Shown here piece after piece: positions 16,684 through 20,000 of a DNA stretch of 20,000 nt. Source of the stretch: an uncultured virus (IMG/VR IMGVR_UViG_3300045596_000200). Taxonomy: Duplodnaviria > Heunggongvirae > Uroviricota > Caudoviricetes. Within the stretch, counting starts at the first letter, position 1. Each line of letters opens with the position of its first letter. The notes beneath the pieces were generated by a model. The model was not told the DNA's origin and made no database searches. It worked only from the letters and a program-made list of their open reading frames with translations. The position numbers and the translations under genes are program-made. The DNA is taken from IMG/VR virus record IMGVR_UViG_3300045596_000200. One strand, written 5' to 3'.

Positions 16684-18354
16684 GCTTATCGCTCCCTTTC
16701 CTCCACCCGTGATGCCGATGACGGAGGCGGCGCAACCCGCCGCAGCCAGGGCGCAGATTCCTGCAATCAGCAGCTCGTCTCCCGTCTGGGGAAGCTTGCC
16801 GCCGGGAGTCAGTGCCTCGGGAGTCTCGGGCGGCACGAGATCTACCGTCTGCCCCTCGTCGTTCACGTCGGCATGCGATGCGACCTCCTGGCCGTCCAGG
16901 GTGAGCGACTCAAAAGCGACGACCGCGTGCCCTGAGAGCTCCGCGCCGTCGAACGTGAAGGTGACCTCCTGCATGCCGTCTGCCGCATCGGGCACGAAGG
17001 CCACGGTGGAGGTGACGGCCTTGCCGTCCGAACGGACGGGTTCGCCGGTCTCCTTGCCCACCAGCGTGCCGGTGAGCGTGTACTTCTTGCCGGGCGTGAG
17101 GCCCGTGTAGGAGACGGTGTCCACGATGGTCACCGAGTCGTCGGCAACTACCTCGTGGTCGCCGTCGTCCGCGTCGGTCGCCTCGGTCCGCACGCTAGGC
17201 GCGGGAGGCGTCTCTGCGGGCGGCGCGTCGTTGGTGAGCGTGCCCAAATCCACGGTCACGGCGTCGCGGTAGACCGAGACGTCGAAGGCCGGGATGAGCG
17301 TGCGGTCGGCGTTAGCCTCGCAGGGAAGCTCCTCGACCGTGTAGGTGTCGTAGGGCAGCGCCCCCTTGGCGTCGTCGGGCTCGGAGGCTCCGAACCACAC
17401 GCCGGAGTCAGCCGTGCCGCCGTTGGTGCCTGCGGTATGGGCGTTCCAGCTCGCAGATGTCAAAGCCTGGCCGTTGCCATCCGTCACGATCACGTGGCTC
17501 TCGCCCGTGGTCTTGCTGGTGATCTTGAAGGGCACGCCCGCGAGTCGCTGCTGGGTGCCGTCCGCCACCTTCACGAGCACGAGGTCCCCGCGCACCACCT
17601 GCTCGGTGAACTCCCCTTCGGGTGTGAGCTCGAAGACGGCGGAGCCGTGCCCGGCGTCCCCGGCAGTAACCTCGAATACATGCTCCTCGGCATCGGGGAG
17701 GTAGCCCGTGGGGGGGTATTACCTCGCGCACGGAGACGCGGCCCAGCGGGATGCCCTCGAAGGTGACCTCGCTGCCCTTGGTGGTTCCCCTGACCGTCTT
17801 CACCTCTCCGTTCTGCTCGAAGCTCGCCTCGTAGACGGCGCCGTCGAGCGATGCCGCGCCCTGGGGCGTCGCCTCCCTTGTAGGCTGCCGCCTCGTCCGC
17901 GAGCTCTTTGGCGACCGCAACCATGGCGGGGTCGGCATCTGAGAAGTCGCCCTCGCTGGCCGTGCCGGAGGTGAGCCAGACGGCTATCTGCGTCACTGCC
18001 TGCGCCTCGGCGTCGCTCCACTCGGTGCCGCCTATAACGTTCGTCGCGGGGTAGCCCTGGCGAGGAGGTAGTCCTTAGCATGCGTGGCCTCGCGCAGGTC
18101 GGTGTAGTCCTGGCCGGCGCGTCCCGGGCCGTGGGCACCGTGGTCGTAGCAGTAGGACACCTGCCCGTCTGCGGTGCGGTAGCCCACGCCCTCGTTCACG
18201 GGGACGTAACCGCCCTCTATCTCGTAGCTGCTGATATGGACGGACCCCGTGTCGGCAAAGGCCGCACCTGCGGAAGGCAGATCGAGAGCGCGAGCGCAGC
18301 CGCGAGGGCTAGCGCGGCGCGTCCGATGAGTCCCTTTCTTTTGGTCTTCTCCAT
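16669..18354 (-). pseudogene. Sortase-anchored adhesin pseudogene (signal peptide, thioester/TQXA domain, SpaA-like domains, Thr-Gln ester/VaFE domain, LPQTG)
   Basis: MEKTKRKGLIGRAALALAAALAL signal peptide, SYCYD and TQIAVW, RGDLVLVKV..LAGVPFKITS, YTVEE, AVVAFE, HADVNDEGQ, and LPQTG at 16780-16794. Frame changes at about 18270, 18058, 17865 and 17713. Confidence 0.85.
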
Positions 18355-18361
18355 GGCGCAC

Positions 18362-18864
18362 CTATCCGATCTTTCGGGCGTCGGGGCGCACGCGCCCCGA
18401 GCGGTCGATCGCCTCTGCAGAGTCCCTGGCGGCACGTCCCCGGTCAGCGAGGGCGCGCGGGTCGTCGCCGTGCTCCTCGGCCCAGGCGCGCCTCGATGCT
18501 GTAAGGGCGTCCTTGATCCCTTGCGGCATGACCTTCACCACGTCCTCCACGCGCTTGCCGTCCGCGTCGGTGACGGGGCGCCCCCCGGGTCGAGCACCGA
18601 CCTCTTGAGCCACACCTCACGGTCCGCCAGGAGCGGGATGTCGCGCCACTCGGGCCCCTTGAAGCGCGACGCGTCCACGAAGAGCGGGCTGAACTCGTAG
18701 CCGCCCACATCGCGCCCGTCGATGACGGTGCCGGCGGGAAGCCGCACCTGGTTGAAGGTCTTTCGCTCCCCCGTGGCGCGGTCAGCGTAGGCGATGTCAT
18801 CGCGCACGAAGTTCTCGTGGAGCGTGAGGTAGACGTTTTTGCCCTGGCCTCTCTCATCTGCCAT
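18362..18864 (-). pseudogene. Conjugative-element hypothetical protein, frameshifted
   Basis: RBS AGGAGG. MADERGQGKNVYLTLHENFVR…VLDP continues in another frame as RPVTDADGKRVEDVVKV…RKIG*. The shift lies in the homopolymer run at 18581-18586. Confidence 0.65.
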
Positions 18865-18967
18865 TTTTTCCTCCTTGTCGTTATGGCGGAACGGGGGTCT
18901 CCGCCCTTTGTCGTTGCTTGCTTCTTGTCTTTCGGCCTAGGTGACCATGCCCACCTCCTTCCTCTGA

Positions 18968-19432
18968 TTAGCCGCCCATGACGTCGCGCGCCCATCCGCC
19001 GCTCTTCACGAGCGCCAGGATGAGCAGGATGCACATCGCCAGGTACTGGAGTGCGTAGCTGAGTCCTTCCGCCACCGAGTCGAGCACGGGCACACCCGCG
19101 CTCGCGGCGTTGAGGCCGCCGAGCACGATGGGAAAGCTCACGAGGAGGACGAGGATGACCACGCCCGCCAGGCACACGGAGGCGAAGTTCTTGAGGTAGC
19201 CCACGCCCATCTGGCACGTCTCGTCCTCGGAGAGCAGGGCCAAAGGTATCGGCGAGAAGGCGGCCATGATGTAGATCTGCAGCGCCCTCGCCCAACTCAC
19301 CACCAGCGCCACCACGTAGTCGGCAAAGTACCTGAGCACCGTGGAAAGCGAGGCGTTCAGGTACTTTGCCGCCTGCGCGAGGGTGAGAATCTCTCCCTCT
19401 GAGCTTGTCCTTGCATCGCTCTTCTCCTCCAT
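18968..19432 (-). pseudogene. In-frame fusion of an excisionase-type HTH N-terminus with a VirB6/TrbL-like C-terminus
   Basis: RBS GGAGG. EILTLAQAAKYLNASLSTVLRY (HTH_17/Xis-like) joined at about 19320 to YVVALVVSWARALQIYIMAAFSPIPLA..GVGYLKNFASVCLAG (VirB6-like membrane segment). Confidence 0.7.
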
Positions 19433-19640
19433 GGGATCCTCCCGTCTCCGTTGCTTCTGATTCGTCTCTAGCAGGCACGCTATGTCAGAAGGCAAGCGAT
19501 GGGCGGAGTCACTGCAAGTTCGAGTTAGAGCACTTCGAGACGATGTGATGGGAGTTTGCGGCGTCTGTTGAAAACTCGGACGGTTTGAGCCCTTCTCGGG
19601 CCATTTCTTTTTTAAAAATTCAAAGATACGTTCAAGACGC

Positions 19641-19758
19641 TTGCGCCAAGGCGCAAATTCGCCCTTGGTTGCTTGCGTTGGAGCGCAAAAGAGGCTTCTT
19701 TGTGCCGCAACCATATTTGCGCCAGAGCGCATGTTAACAACTAATGCTTGCGCCGCAA
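19641..19758. repeat. Cluster of 16-bp palindromic boxes TTGCGY-N4-GCGCAW
   Basis: 19641-19656 ttgcgccaaggcgcaa, 19673-19688 ttgcgttggagcgcaa, 19717-19732 ttgcgccagagcgcat, and a shortened copy ttgcgccgcaa at 19748. Confidence 0.65.
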
Positions 19759-19833
19759 CGTAACCAGAGAGCGGTTTTCGCGGCGTTTTTGGCTACCCGC
19801 GAAAAATTTTTGGCGGTAAAATGTCGGTCAAAC

Positions 19834-19866
19834 AAAAGCCCTGACCTGTTTCAGCAGATCAGGGCT
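19834..19866 (-). terminator. Terminator-like hairpin downstream of the tRNA
   Basis: Minus strand reads agccctgatctg-ctgaaa-caggtcagggct followed by TTT. Confidence 0.75.
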
Positions 19867-19873
19867 GTAGTTT

Positions 19874-19950
19874 TGGTCGCGGGGGCTGGATTTGAACCAA
19901 CGACCTCCGGGTTATGAGCCCGGCGAGCTACCAAACTGCTCCACCCCGCA
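19874..19950 (-). tRNA. tRNA-Met(CAT), initiator (fMet) type
   Basis: 77-nt cloverleaf TGCGGGG-TG-GAGC..GCTC-G-CCGGG-CTCATAA-CCCGG-AGGTC-GTTGG-TTCAAAT-CCAGC-CCCCGCG-A-CCA. Has three G-C pairs in the anticodon stem, A11-U24 and an encoded CCA. Confidence 0.96.
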
Positions 19951-20000
19951 CTATGGATGCGCTCAAGCGCAAGGAATAAAGATACATGCCGTTGCGCTCT

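Larger units (their letters stand above)
8120..19873. mobile_element. Decayed integrative conjugative element / genomic island at the tRNA-Met 3' end
   Basis: oriT-like hairpin, mobC, relaxase, adhesin, VirB6-like and excisionase remnants, adjacent to the tRNA 3' end. That the RM locus belongs to the island is inferred. Confidence 0.7.

Noticed and set aside
17710..17716. G7 tract as a phase-variation switch for the adhesin
   Set aside because: The tract is short and the gene has at least three other lesions, so slippage alone could not restore it.
19433..19732. N-terminal extension of the 254-aa ORF
   Set aside because: Reads as non-coding, repeat-containing DNA. ATG 19432 has a clear RBS.
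1..20000. CRISPR array, diversity-generating retroelement, retron or hsdS shufflon
   Set aside because: I saw no regularly spaced repeats, no reverse transcriptase motifs, no template/variable repeat pair and no hsdS in this window.

Overview
High-GC window with nested mobile elements, probably from a Coriobacteriia-like gut bacterium (host is inferred). Left part (1 to about 8119): the right end of an apparently intact prophage. It carries a GH18-like tail protein with a very large insert, a holin, a GH25/Cpl-7/LysM endolysin, an HTH-zinc-finger protein, a SHOCT-like protein, two tandem large serine recombinases and a small GNAT-like cargo gene. The prophage end cuts a Type I restriction-modification hsdM gene just before its SAM-binding motif (…GRVY, where DPCCGSGG is expected next), and an inverted repeat straddles the junction. 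This suggests the phage integrated into, and inactivated, a defence gene. Right part (about 8120 to 19873): a decayed conjugative island next to the 3' end of an initiator tRNA-Met (19874-19950, minus strand). It holds intact hsdR with a translationally coupled ribbon-helix-helix gene, a candidate oriT, mobC and relaxase pseudogenes, an intact two-gene lower-GC cassette of unknown function (candidate defence system), a broken thioester/ester-bond adhesin, and an excisionase-VirB6 deletion fusion preceded by repeated 16-bp palindromes. All family calls come from motif recognition by eye; no database searches were run.
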